Assembly (NCBI GenBank): GCA_942493095.1
Contig: OW818675.1
Span: 510,001 to 542,000, forward strand
Source of the DNA: Candidatus Electronema halotolerans
GTDB taxonomy: Bacteria > Desulfobacterota > Desulfobulbia > Desulfobulbales > Desulfobulbaceae
Direction: 5' to 3'
DNA: 32,000 nt
In this document: in pieces, positions 16,702 to 25,153 of the stretch
How the letters are laid out: each line of letters opens with the position of its first letter
Numbering within the stretch: the stretch's first letter is position 1
The notes under the pieces: generated by a model
Database searches by the model: none
Seen by the model: the letters and a program-made list of their open reading frames with translations, nothing else
Told to the model about the DNA's origin: nothing
Position numbers and translations under genes: made by a program

Positions 16702-18981
16702 TCACAGCTCGTTGTTCCGACCGGAATTCTTTTCGTCAGATGCCGCCAAGGACTGCAAGACCAGCTCCGCGACATCATGGACCGCAATTTTTTGCTCAAG
16801 CCCGCGCTGCCGGACAGCATTATCGAGCATTTTCAGACAATAGGGGCAGGCGACCGCAATAATGTCCGCGCCCGTATCCAGAGCCTCCTGCACCCGCATT
16901 GCGCCGAGATTCTCGGCAGGCTGCTCCTTGAAGATGCCGCCACCACCACCGCCGCAGCAGAGGCTCTGCCGCCGGTTGTGGGCCATCTCAACCAAGGTGA
17001 AGCCGGGAATGCTGCTGAGTATCTGGCGCGGAGCATCATAGACACCATTATAGCGTCCCAAATAGCAGGGGTCATGATAGGTGACAGTCCGGCGCAGCTC
17101 CTTGACCGGACGGACAGTGCCTTCCTGGATCAGCCGCCAGAGCAGCTCAGTGTAATGCTCCGCAGGCAGGTTCAGCCCCTCATAGTATTGGCTGAACGCG
17201 GTCAGGCAGTGCGGCGAGGCAGTCACCATCTTCTGCACACCAGCCTCAGCAAGGGCTGCCCTGTTTTTTGCCGCCAATTTGTTGAAAGTGGCAGTGTCGC
17301 CGCTCCGATGGGCCAAGTCGCCGCAACAGCTTTCCTTGTCACCCAAAGTGCGCACAGAAAGCCCAGCGGTTTGCAGCAGCCGCAGCAAAGCTCGACCCGC
17401 CATTTTGTTCCGCTGCGCCGGAGTCTCGTCATAGGCCGTGGTGCAGCAGGTGAAGAGACAGTATTCCGTTTCCGGTGTGACAGCGGGAAGGGCGGCATCT
17501 CCTGCCCAAGCAGCCCGCTGCGCCGGAGCACCCTGCCACGGATTGTTCTGTTCTTTGAGACTGTTCAGCGGTGCTTGCAAATATTCTGGAATCTTACCAG
17601 ACTGGATGTTCCGCTGCCGGATGGTTCTGGTCACATCAATAATTTCAATGCCGCGTGGACAGTTCTCCACACAGGCGTTGCAGGTCAGGCAGTTCCAGAC
17701 GTTTTTGTCAACGTCCTCGACCGTGGCCGAGTCTGTGGAAATCGCCCGCAGAATCCGCCGGGCACTGTACGTGCTGACATTGTTGACCGGACAGACCGTG
17801 GTGCAGGTGCCGCACTGCATGCAGGCCATAAAGGTTTCATCAAGGTCTTTTTTCAAGGACTCGGCGTTGACCGTGGAAGGCTGGACCGCCTTTTTCTTGA
17901 CTGTGGTCAGAAAGATGGCAAAGGGCCGGTAGAAGAGATGCGACCACTTGCCAAAAGGCACTTCAATGATCAGCATGGGCACGGCAATCGCCAGATGCAC
18001 CACATACATGATGTAGGTCGGCAGCGGCCAGTTGCCAATGCGGAACAGGTGCATGACCATGCCGGACAAGGCGGTGAGGAAAAGCAGAATCAGGAAGAGC
18101 CAGTCTGTGGCATGGGAATAGCGATGGAGTGCCTCCTCCTTGGTCTTGTAGCGGCTCCAGAGCTTTTCCCCGGAAAAATACAGGATGGTGCCAGCGGCGT
18201 AATACCCGAAGATGCTGGTGAAATGCCATTCTGCCGTGTCCCGCTGAAACCAGCGGATAAAGACCACGATCAGGAGCATCTTGGTCATGTAGCCGGTCAT
18301 GAGGAGGAAATGCTTGAGCCAGCGCGAAATTTTCTTGGTATCGCTCGTGCAGCCCCGCCAGCGTTTCTGGGTGGCGAAATGGATGAGGAACTGCTTGGCC
18401 TCACTGAGCAGAAGGCTGGGCGGCACTGAGCTGTCGCCCATGATGTGGCGGTACATGCGGAACAGATTCGTGCCCAGAAACAGGGTCAGAATGCCGGTCA
18501 TGAGCAGGTCGCCCATTTCAATCCAAGCGACCGGAGCAAAGGTGTTCAGTGCCACCCGGTCTGTGATCACCGGGCCATGAAAGAGCACGAACATCAGAAT
18601 GATGCCAAGGGAGAGCGTGGCCAAGGAGCCGATTTCCCACGCCTTGGAAAGATACAATTTTTTCGCCAGTCCAGTCCAATCCAGCTCCGTGGTCAGCCAG
18701 CGGCGGACCGCCATCATGGTTTCCGCCGGTTCTGCGCCGCGTGGACAACGGATGTTGCAGTCGCCGCAATAGTAGCAGAGCCACGGCTCTGGCGCGGCCA
18801 GCAGCTTGTCCTTCAGACCGAGCTGGATATAGCGGTATATTTTCCGGGGAAAGGCATGGCTGCTCTCAGACAGGGAGCAGGAGGCGGAACAAAGACCGCA
18901 CTGCATGCACAGCTCCATGTCTTTGGCACCCAGCTCCTCAAGTTCCTTGTGCAATTCTTGCTGAACACTGTACTGTTTCAA
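16702..18981 (-). CDS. HdrC / heme-b-type membrane domain / HdrD (CCG) fusion oxidoreductase
   Basis: N-terminal CMQCGLCSASCSLS..CGDCNIRCPRG; several TM segments with His (NarI/QmoC-like); second Fe-S pair CMQCGTCTTVCPVN..CLTCNACVENCPRG; CCG-type segments CLFTCCTTAYDE..CCGD and YHDPCYLGRYNGVYDAPRQIL..CCGGGGGG. Confidence 0.88.
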   Translation of the reverse strand: MKQYSVQQELHKELEELGAKDMELCMQCGLCSASCSLSESSHAFPRKIYRYIQLGLKDKLLAAPEPWLCYYCGDCNIRCPRGAEPAETMMAVRRWLTTELDWTGLAKKLYLSKAWEIGSLATLSLGIILMFVLFHGPVITDRVALNTFAPVAWIEMGDLLMTGILTLFLGTNLFRMYRHIMGDSSVPPSLLLSEAKQFLIHFATQKRWRGCTSDTKKISRWLKHFLLMTGYMTKMLLIVVFIRWFQRDTAEWHFTSIFGYYAAGTILYFSGEKLWSRYKTKEEALHRYSHATDWLFLILLFLTALSGMVMHLFRIGNWPLPTYIMYVVHLAIAVPMLIIEVPFGKWSHLFYRPFAIFLTTVKKKAVQPSTVNAESLKKDLDETFMACMQCGTCTTVCPVNNVSTYSARRILRAISTDSATVEDVDKNVWNCLTCNACVENCPRGIEIIDVTRTIRQRNIQSGKIPEYLQAPLNSLKEQNNPWQGAPAQRAAWAGDAALPAVTPETEYCLFTCCTTAYDETPAQRNKMAGRALLRLLQTAGLSVRTLGDKESCCGDLAHRSGDTATFNKLAAKNRAALAEAGVQKMVTASPHCLTAFSQYYEGLNLPAEHYTELLWRLIQEGTVRPVKELRRTVTYHDPCYLGRYNGVYDAPRQILSSIPGFTLVEMAHNRRQSLCCGGGGGGIFKEQPAENLGAMRVQEALDTGADIIAVACPYCLKMLDNAVRQRGLEQKIAVHDVAELVLQSLAASDEKNSGRNNEL

Positions 18982-19341
18982 GGTATGACTCCTCGCTTGC
19001 GTTGTATTTCAGTCTCTCAATATCCTTTGTTTTCTTTTTTTGTCACCGCCCCGCCGCACTGTGGGCAACGCATGCAGCCTGCCCATGATGCAGGTTGTTT
19101 TCCAACATCCTGATTTAGTTTAAATAATTTCAAACCTTGCCGTTAAGGCAACCTGTTGCAATAACTGTAATTTTTATTTTCACATCTCGCGGATTCTCAC
19201 TATAATCGGATAAAGACAAAAATGAAACACCATTAAGAGATGTCTGCGCGTAATTTTTACCCTGAAACCACAGAGTGGCATATTGAAAGCCGCCGTTTCC
19301 TGACAGGCTCAGGCTGCTGCCAAGCAACCTGAGCCACGCGC

Positions 19342-19671
19342 TCAATGCGTCTGCTCTTCTGCTGTCCCCAGCACCTTGGCGGCAATCACCTGTTTTGCCG
19401 TTGCATCTGGCTCCGGCTTTTTCCAGCTGATGAACTGCTCCAGCACCCGCATGTAGCTGCCATTGTCCTCTTGGCACTGAGGGCAGATTGACTCCGCCTT
19501 GTCACGGTACATGATGATTTTGCTGGCTGGCTCACCTGCCGCGCTCACTGCCGCCATTTTCCGGCAGCCGCAGTCCAGCCGCACCACAGCCACGCCGACC
19601 GCATCCGGGCTGCCCTCAAGAATGCCTGCAATCATCGCCTGTTCGCCCTGCTCTGGTGTTCTCGATGTTTT
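19342..19671 (-). CDS. Hypothetical conserved small protein
   Basis: ORF MQQKQNREMKSKKTSRTPEQGEQAMIAGILEGSPDAVGVAVVRLDCGCRKMAAV...SICPQCQEDNG...; CGC and CPxC metal-binding-like motifs. The exact start is uncertain; the full ORF extends to 19707. Confidence 0.5.
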   Translation of the reverse strand, partial: KTSRTPEQGEQAMIAGILEGSPDAVGVAVVRLDCGCRKMAAVSAAGEPASKIIMYRDKAESICPQCQEDNGSYMRVLEQFISWKKPEPDATAKQVIAAKVLGTAEEQTH

Positions 19672-20023
19672 TTTGGATTTCATCTCTCTGTTCTGTTTTT
19701 GTTGCACAACATCAACTGCGCTTGCCCCGCTCGCTTACCACAGAATGCCTTATAACCCTGTTTGCCGACAGAGACAAGCATTATCCAACTTGCAGCTTGC
19801 ATCCAGCCCATAAAGAACAGCTCAAGACAAAAATGCCATTTCTGCATCATAATTGTCATGACATCCTGAAAGCAGAATCATCCAGCTCGCCGTCCCGCGC
19901 TTGACGGTCACAGGCAATGTCTTGTTATTGAAAGATATTCATCGCAAGAAAACTTCTGGCATAAACCTTGCTGTTCTTATTCAAAAAAGCTCTGAAGTTT
20001 GAACTCCGCATCGAAAACAGACC

Positions 20024-21160
20024 ATGAATATTCCGTGTGAAAAACAAGCCTGCGCCCGCTCCATGCAGATCGACAGCCTTGTTCTGCCTATTGCGCCGCA
20101 GGCTGTCTGCGGCAAACGTTTCTGCGGCGGCAAGGCGGCAGCAGCCATGTCCCCTGCCGAAGCGGTCGCATGGATCAGCGAGCTGATCAAAGGCGGCAAG
20201 ACTATCCACGGAGTGAACCTCTGCGGCCCGGGCGATGCCTTGGCTGCGCCGAACATCCTCTCCGCTGCTCTGGACTTGCTGCGGCAGCAGCATCCTGCAT
20301 TCAGCCTGCAATTGACGACTGCCGGACTGGGCGGGGCAGCCCTTGCCCCTGCTCTGGCGGAACAAGACCTTGCCCAAATCAACCTGCAAGTTGAGGCGGT
20401 TGATGCTGCAATTATCGAAAAAATTTATGCGTGGATTCGTCCGGGCAAGAAGACGCTGCCCTTGAGCCAGGCCGCAGAAATGCTCTGTGATGCTCAGGCG
20501 GAAGCGGTCATGGCTCTCAGCCAAGCTGGACTGACTGTCAATATCCAGACCACTGTTTATCCGGGCCTCAACGACCAGCACGCAGCAGCGATTGCCGAAA
20601 AGATGGCCGGATTGGGCGCGGCTTCCATGACCTTGCTGCCCTTTGAGCCTGCTGCTGAGGAAGAGGGGCCGTCCGCCTGTTCCGCCGCCTTGCTGGAGCA
20701 GACGAAAGAGGCTGCGGCAGTTCATCTGCGCCTGATCGACTATGGCTGCGTCTGCCTGACCCCGCCCAACAGCGGCAGCAGCTTTGCCGGAACCGTGCTG
20801 CCCAAGCCAAGCAAGGAGCGGCCCAATGTGGCTGTGGTCAGCAGCAGCGGCATGGAGGTCGATCTGCATCTTGGCCAGGCTGTCAAAGTGCTGATCTACG
20901 GGCCGCGCAGCGGTGACGAGCTGCCCTCTCTGCTGATGGTGCGCGATGCGCCGGAAGCTGGGGCAGGCGATTCCCGCTGGGAGGCATTGGCCCGTGAATG
21001 CCTGTTTGACTGCTTCGCCTTAGTGGCGGCCAAGGCTGGGGAAAATCCACAAAAGGTGCTGGCTGAACAAGGCATCAAGGTCCTGCTGGCTGAGGACAGC
21101 ATTGAAGGGCTGGTGGATGTGCTCTACGGCGGCGGCAAGAAACAAAAATGTAAAAAATAA
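20024..21160 (+). CDS. NifB/NifX-like protein: radical-SAM-type barrel region (degenerate cluster motif) plus C-terminal dinitrogenase iron-molybdenum cofactor-like domain
   Basis: LVLPIAPQAVCGKRFCGG in place of LPVAPxCNxxCxYC; VNLCGPGDALA; TTAGLG; INLQVEAVDAAIIEKIYAWI; VNIQTTVYPGLND; C-terminal KERPNVAVVSSSGMEVDLHLGQAVKVLIYG resembling the NifX/NafY domain. Confidence 0.75.
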   Translation: MNIPCEKQACARSMQIDSLVLPIAPQAVCGKRFCGGKAAAAMSPAEAVAWISELIKGGKTIHGVNLCGPGDALAAPNILSAALDLLRQQHPAFSLQLTTAGLGGAALAPALAEQDLAQINLQVEAVDAAIIEKIYAWIRPGKKTLPLSQAAEMLCDAQAEAVMALSQAGLTVNIQTTVYPGLNDQHAAAIAEKMAGLGAASMTLLPFEPAAEEEGPSACSAALLEQTKEAAAVHLRLIDYGCVCLTPPNSGSSFAGTVLPKPSKERPNVAVVSSSGMEVDLHLGQAVKVLIYGPRSGDELPSLLMVRDAPEAGAGDSRWEALARECLFDCFALVAAKAGENPQKVLAEQGIKVLLAEDSIEGLVDVLYGGGKKQKCKK

Positions 21161-21184
21161 TTCCCGTTCCAAGGAGAAAACAAA

Positions 21185-21490
21185 ATGGCAATTCCCAAGC
21201 GGCAGATTCTGCTCTGCCAAAGTTTCCGGGCCGCAGGCGACAAAAAAGGCATCTGCCACAAGCAGAGTGATGGTTTCCTGCAATACATTGAGGAAGAAGT
21301 GATTGATCGTGGCTTGGACTGTCTCGTCAGTGCCACCACCTGCCTCAAACAGTGCGAAAAAGGGCCGATCATGGTGATTCAGCCGGAAAACTGGTGGTTT
21401 GGCGGGGTGAACAGCGAGGAGGTCGTTGATGCCATTCTTGACGGTCTTGAAGAGGGCGAACCAGCAGCAGACTACCTGATTTCCGACTGA
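21185..21490 (+). CDS. Thioredoxin-like [2Fe-2S] ferredoxin (nif-associated type)
   Basis: 101 aa; RQILLCQSFRAAGDKKGIC..., LVSATTCLKQCEKGPIMVIQPENWWFGGV. Confidence 0.85.
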   Translation: MAIPKRQILLCQSFRAAGDKKGICHKQSDGFLQYIEEEVIDRGLDCLVSATTCLKQCEKGPIMVIQPENWWFGGVNSEEVVDAILDGLEEGEPAADYLISD

Positions 21491-21942
21491 TGAGCGCATC
21501 TGCCCGCATCCGCCGGGCCGAGCAGGCCGACATTCCTGCGTTGCTCGACCTGCTGCAACTGCTCTTCAGCATTGAGAAAGATTTTGTTTTCAATGCGGCC
21601 AAACAGGAGCGCGGACTGCGCCTGCTCTTGGCCGAGAGCAGGGCAGCAGTCATGGTTGCCGCGCAGGACCGGCAGGTGATCGGTCTATGCAGCGGGCAGC
21701 TCCTGATTTCCACAGCCCAAGGCGGGCTGTCAGCGCTGGTGGAAGATGTCGTTGTCGCGCCCGCTTGGCAGGGCAAAGGAATCGGCAGGCAGCTTTTGGC
21801 AGCAATCAGTGCATGGGCGGTCAGTCATGGCGCGAGCCGGGTGCAGCTCCTTGCCGACCAGAATAACACCCCGGCCTCAGCCTTTTACCAAAAAACAGGC
21901 TTTCAAACGACAGCAATGATCTGTCTGCGGAAAATAATATGA
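21490..21942 (+). CDS. GNAT-family N-acetyltransferase
   Basis: IRRAEQADIPALLDLL..., VEDVVVAPAWQGKGIGRQLLAAISAWA, LLADQNNTPASAFYQKTGFQTT. Overlaps upstream stop. Confidence 0.9.
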   Translation: MSASARIRRAEQADIPALLDLLQLLFSIEKDFVFNAAKQERGLRLLLAESRAAVMVAAQDRQVIGLCSGQLLISTAQGGLSALVEDVVVAPAWQGKGIGRQLLAAISAWAVSHGASRVQLLADQNNTPASAFYQKTGFQTTAMICLRKII

Positions 21943-22370
21943 AGATTCAGCCTTTGCAGAGCTTGCAGCCAATCAGTGGCTGGGAGGATTTTTTCCGGCA
22001 CGGCCAGGGCTATCTGAACGCCGCTGTCGGAGCGCACCGCAAGCAGGTGCAGGCCTTCACACCGGAGATTCTCTATAACTTGGCGGCAATGGCGATTGAG
22101 AAATTTGTCATGGCCGCCCTGATGCGGCACGGGGCCATGCCCTACAACCATACTATGGTGGATTTGGTTGAAGCGATGGAGAAAACCTTTCCGGGCAGAC
22201 TGGGGCAAATTCAAGACGACCTGCTCCGTTTAGATAAATACCAGGAAATCTGCGATCTGGACGGCTTCAAGATCAGTCCGCCAAAGCCGGAGGAAATCCC
22301 GGCCATGCTGGAAGTGGCAGAGAAGCTGCGGGAGCTGGTTCTTGGAGAGCTGCTTGCCTGCAACGTATAA
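21939..22370 (+). CDS. HEPN-like helical protein, nif-operon associated
   Basis: 143 aa all-helical; QPISGWEDFFRHGQGYLNAAVGAHRKQVQAFTPEILYNLAAMAIEKFVMAALMRHGAMPYNHTMVDLVEAMEKTFP. Start overlaps the GNAT stop by 4 nt. Confidence 0.6.
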   Translation: MKIQPLQSLQPISGWEDFFRHGQGYLNAAVGAHRKQVQAFTPEILYNLAAMAIEKFVMAALMRHGAMPYNHTMVDLVEAMEKTFPGRLGQIQDDLLRLDKYQEICDLDGFKISPPKPEEIPAMLEVAEKLRELVLGELLACNV

Positions 22371-22399
22371 AAAACAAACAGATAAATCTGGTTGCGCAG

Positions 22400-22699
22400 A
22401 TGACAGAACGAAAGCTCGGTGTGGTCAAAGAAATCGTCGAAGAGGTGGGCATGGGCATTTCCCATGTCTATGAAGATTTGGTCTTTCTCGACCATAACGC
22501 CATCTTGCTCCAGTTCACCGATGACAGCAGCAAACTCCTGCTGCGCATCAACCGCGAGGCGGATCAAGAGACGGCTGCCAGTGGTGCGGCTCTGCTCAAG
22601 CAGGCGGGGTTGGCGCGGGAAATGCAGTTTGTGGAAAGCGGCAGCTATGCGCTGGCCCAGGACGGGCCGGAACAGGTGCGGATTGAGTTTTTCTCCTGA
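22400..22699 (+). CDS. Hypothetical protein in nif-like operon
   Basis: Complete 99-aa ORF MTERKLGVVKEIVEEVGMGISHVYEDLVFLDHNAILLQFTDDSSKLLLRIN..., same strand and spacing as the operon. Confidence 0.65.
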   Translation: MTERKLGVVKEIVEEVGMGISHVYEDLVFLDHNAILLQFTDDSSKLLLRINREADQETAASGAALLKQAGLAREMQFVESGSYALAQDGPEQVRIEFFS

Positions 22700-22739
22700 G
22701 TTGTTTTAACGAAAATAATGCCTGAACGGAGGTCGGATC

Positions 22740-22961
22740 ATGGCAAAAGCAGATGTGGAAAAATTGCTGGAAGCAGGCGGCAAGGATAAGAAGATCAAGG
22801 CAAAATATGATGTTCCGGCCACCAAGGAAGAGTTTGTCGCCTTGGCAGCGCAGGACGGCTACAACTTCACCGTGGAGGAGCTGGAAGCTGTGCTCAAAGA
22901 ATCCGGCGATGTCTTTGAAAAATACGGCAATCCGCCTAAACGGTCAATTTGGTGGACATAG
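22740..22961 (+). CDS. Nif11-family small protein
   Basis: MAKADVEKLLEAGGKDKKIKAKYDVPATKEEFVALAAQDGYNFTVEELEAVLKESGDVFEKYGNPPKRSIWWT; Nif11 pattern FVxLAxxxGYxFTxEEL. Good RBS (cggagg). Confidence 0.85.
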   Translation: MAKADVEKLLEAGGKDKKIKAKYDVPATKEEFVALAAQDGYNFTVEELEAVLKESGDVFEKYGNPPKRSIWWT

Positions 22962-23056
22962 AAAGACAAAAGAAGGATGCAAGTAATGCATCCTTCTTTT
23001 TGTTTGACAGGATAGGCAATCTAAATCATTAGATTGATTTTAGCTGATTGCCTTTT

Positions 23057-23614
23057 TTACATTGGAATGCAGAACAACCTCTGGTCGAACGATTCCTTGC
23101 CGAATATGTACCAAACACTTCCTGCTGCACTCAAGCAGATTTTATGCACATCGAATGACAATGTCAAAGAAAGATCAGCACCCGCCAATCCTACATTTGG
23201 GTGAAAACCAACAGTTACGTTATGACTGTCAAAATTGTATGATGTGCACCATACTTTGGCACCTGCAACAATAAGACACACTTTAAGCTCTGCTTGCCAG
23301 TCTGATGGCGTTCCGCATACCTTTAATTCTCCCCCTATTCCTACGATTTTATACAGAGAAACTTCAAATGGTTGGGTTTTGCAGTTGTCAACAGTTTTCA
23401 GTGCGCCAAGAACAGGCATACGAGCTGCTGCTGCACGAACCATAGGAGCTGCTGTGGCAGGCTCTGCCGCATCTCTGCTAATAGCAGAGAGAATCTGCTC
23501 TTTAAGCTTGTCAACTGGCATGTCAGCATGCGCTGCCATCATCTGCCAATCTTTCTCGCTAACATGAGAAGATACAGCTTGTAATGTATCCTTTTCCATT
23601 TTTACATCCTCCAT
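23057..23614 (-). CDS. Hypothetical 185-aa protein (helical N-terminus, Cys-containing beta-rich C-terminus)
   Basis: Complete ORF in AT-richer DNA: MEDVKMEKDTLQAVSSHVSEKDWQMMAAHADMPVDKLKEQILSAISRD...KTQPFEVSLYKIVGIGGELKVCG...WCTSYNFDSHNVTVGFHPNVG... Confidence 0.6.
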   Translation of the reverse strand: MEDVKMEKDTLQAVSSHVSEKDWQMMAAHADMPVDKLKEQILSAISRDAAEPATAAPMVRAAAARMPVLGALKTVDNCKTQPFEVSLYKIVGIGGELKVCGTPSDWQAELKVCLIVAGAKVWCTSYNFDSHNVTVGFHPNVGLAGADLSLTLSFDVHKICLSAAGSVWYIFGKESFDQRLFCIPM

Positions 23615-23735
23615 GTAATTTGTTAACTTCCATCCAAGATAGATGGAATAATTTTGTCCATTATAATTTGGCTAAAAAAAAATCAATAAAAAAGTATTGT
23701 TAGGAATAATTATTATTCTTGAAAGTAGGCAAAAA

Positions 23736-23852
23736 TATAGTGTTGCAGGTTTCCGAAGCAGAGTGTTTTAAGGAGTGGTTCGCATTCAATTTGCTAATTT
23801 TACTTGCTTAATATTGGCACAGGCTAACGTAACAGAAAGTTGCAACACTATA
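23736..23852. repeat. Inverted repeat pair (12-bp perfect arms)
   Basis: tatagtgttgca at 23736..23747 and its reverse complement tgcaacactata at 23841..23852, with partial extension (tttc/gaaa) just beyond. Confidence 0.6.
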
Positions 23853-23890
23853 GGTTCAGTTTATTAAAAAAAATGAAGAATGGAATAGGC

Positions 23891-23997
23891 ACGGCTACAA
23901 CTTCACCGTAGAGGAGCTGGAAGCGGTGCTCAAAGAATCCGGCGATGTCTTTGAAAAATACGGCAATCCGCCCAAGCGTTCCATCTGGTGGACCTGA
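23891..23997 (+). pseudogene. Beheaded second copy of the Nif11-like gene (C-terminal 34 codons)
   Basis: 107 nt aligned without gaps to 22855..22961. About 10 substitutions, all silent: both encode GYNFTVEELEAVLKESGDVFEKYGNPPKRSIWWT*. No in-frame ATG/GTG/TTG before the upstream stop at 23851..23853. Confidence 0.85.
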
Positions 23998-24026
23998 GCG
24001 GAACCAGAGGCAGCAGGGCGGCTCAA

Positions 24027-25133
24027 TCATCTTGCCGGGATGCTCCGGGATGCCTTGACCGCCGCTGCTGCCGCATCATGAAACCAAGGCCGGAACTGGC
24101 GGATTCTGCTGTTCTCCCGGCTCGGATGAACCCGGTTGCTGAGGAGAATGACAATCAGCTCCTGCTCCGGGTCGATCCAGAATGAAGTGCCGGTGAAGCC
24201 CAGATGACCGACACTTTGGGCGGAGAAATGCCTGCCGCTGCTGGATGAGCCGGGCGTGGGTCTGTCAAAGCCGAGACACCAGGTCTGGCCGGAGAGCTGC
24301 GGCTGCAAGCCTTGGGACAGAAAAGCCGCCCAAGAGCTGGCCACGGCTTCCCCTCTCTCACCCTGCCAATTATCCAAAATCACCCCGCAGAGCTGCAACA
24401 CCCCGCTGACTGTGCCGAACAATCCCGCATGACCGGCAAGGCCGTTTACGAGCCAGCAATGCTCATCATGCACCTCACCCCGCATCATCCTGCCCCGCCA
24501 TGAGCACTGCTCTGTGGCGGCGCAGTTCTGCCTCTGCTCCACGCTGACCTGACAGAGCAGCTCTTTTCCCAGCCCCAGCGGCCCCGCAATCCGCTCCTGA
24601 AAATTGGCGGCCAAATCCTTGTCAGTCAACTCCTCCGCTATCCACCCCAGCAGAATGAAGCCAAGATCGCTGTACAAACAGCGGCTCTCCGGCGCATAGG
24701 CCATTGGCTCGTTGAGAATGAGACGAAGCAACCGCGCCTTGTGGTCCGTTTTTTGCACCGGCGCAAAGGTCTTGAACCACGGCTGATAAGCGGCCAGCCC
24801 GGATGAATGCGAGAGCAGCCTGCGCAGCGTGATCTGCTGTTTGTCCGGCGGCACATCAGGCAGCAGATCAGCCAGCCTGTCTTCCAGCCGGAGCCGCCCT
24901 TCCGCAAAAAAATCGTAGAAAAGCAAGGTGGTCGAAAGGGCCTTGCTCAACGAGGCCAGATCAAACAGGGTGGCCGCCGTCACCAGGGACTGGTCGCGGC
25001 TGTCCATGACTCCGGCCCACGCTGTCCACGTCTGCCGGGCCGGGCCAGTGCCGCAGGCGACTGCCGCTGCCGCGCCGGGAAAAACCTGTTCGGCAAGCCC
25101 CTGCCGCAGGAGCCGCTGTAGTGTCTGGATCAT
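24027..25133 (-). CDS. Serine hydrolase, beta-lactamase / class C-like family
   Basis: 368 aa; TLFDLASLSKALSTT (SxxK), LLSHSSGL, YSDLGFILLGW (YxN-like position), GHLGFTGTSFWIDPEQELIVILLSN. Confidence 0.9.
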   Translation of the reverse strand: MIQTLQRLLRQGLAEQVFPGAAAAVACGTGPARQTWTAWAGVMDSRDQSLVTAATLFDLASLSKALSTTLLFYDFFAEGRLRLEDRLADLLPDVPPDKQQITLRRLLSHSSGLAAYQPWFKTFAPVQKTDHKARLLRLILNEPMAYAPESRCLYSDLGFILLGWIAEELTDKDLAANFQERIAGPLGLGKELLCQVSVEQRQNCAATEQCSWRGRMMRGEVHDEHCWLVNGLAGHAGLFGTVSGVLQLCGVILDNWQGERGEAVASSWAAFLSQGLQPQLSGQTWCLGFDRPTPGSSSSGRHFSAQSVGHLGFTGTSFWIDPEQELIVILLSNRVHPSRENSRIRQFRPWFHDAAAAAVKASRSIPAR

Positions 25134-25153
25134 GTTTGAGGGTCATATTTGGG

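Noticed and set aside
16777-18429. 550-aa plus-strand ORF inside the HdrC/HdrD fusion gene
   Set aside because: Antisense to a gene with multiple conserved Fe-S and CCG motifs; length is explained by codon bias on the true strand.
19130-19477. 115-aa minus-strand ORF overlapping the 19342..19671 gene
   Set aside because: Out-of-frame overlap with a better candidate; no motif support.
19925-20869. 314-aa minus-strand ORF
   Set aside because: Antisense to the NifB/NifX-like gene, which has recognisable domains and an operonic context.
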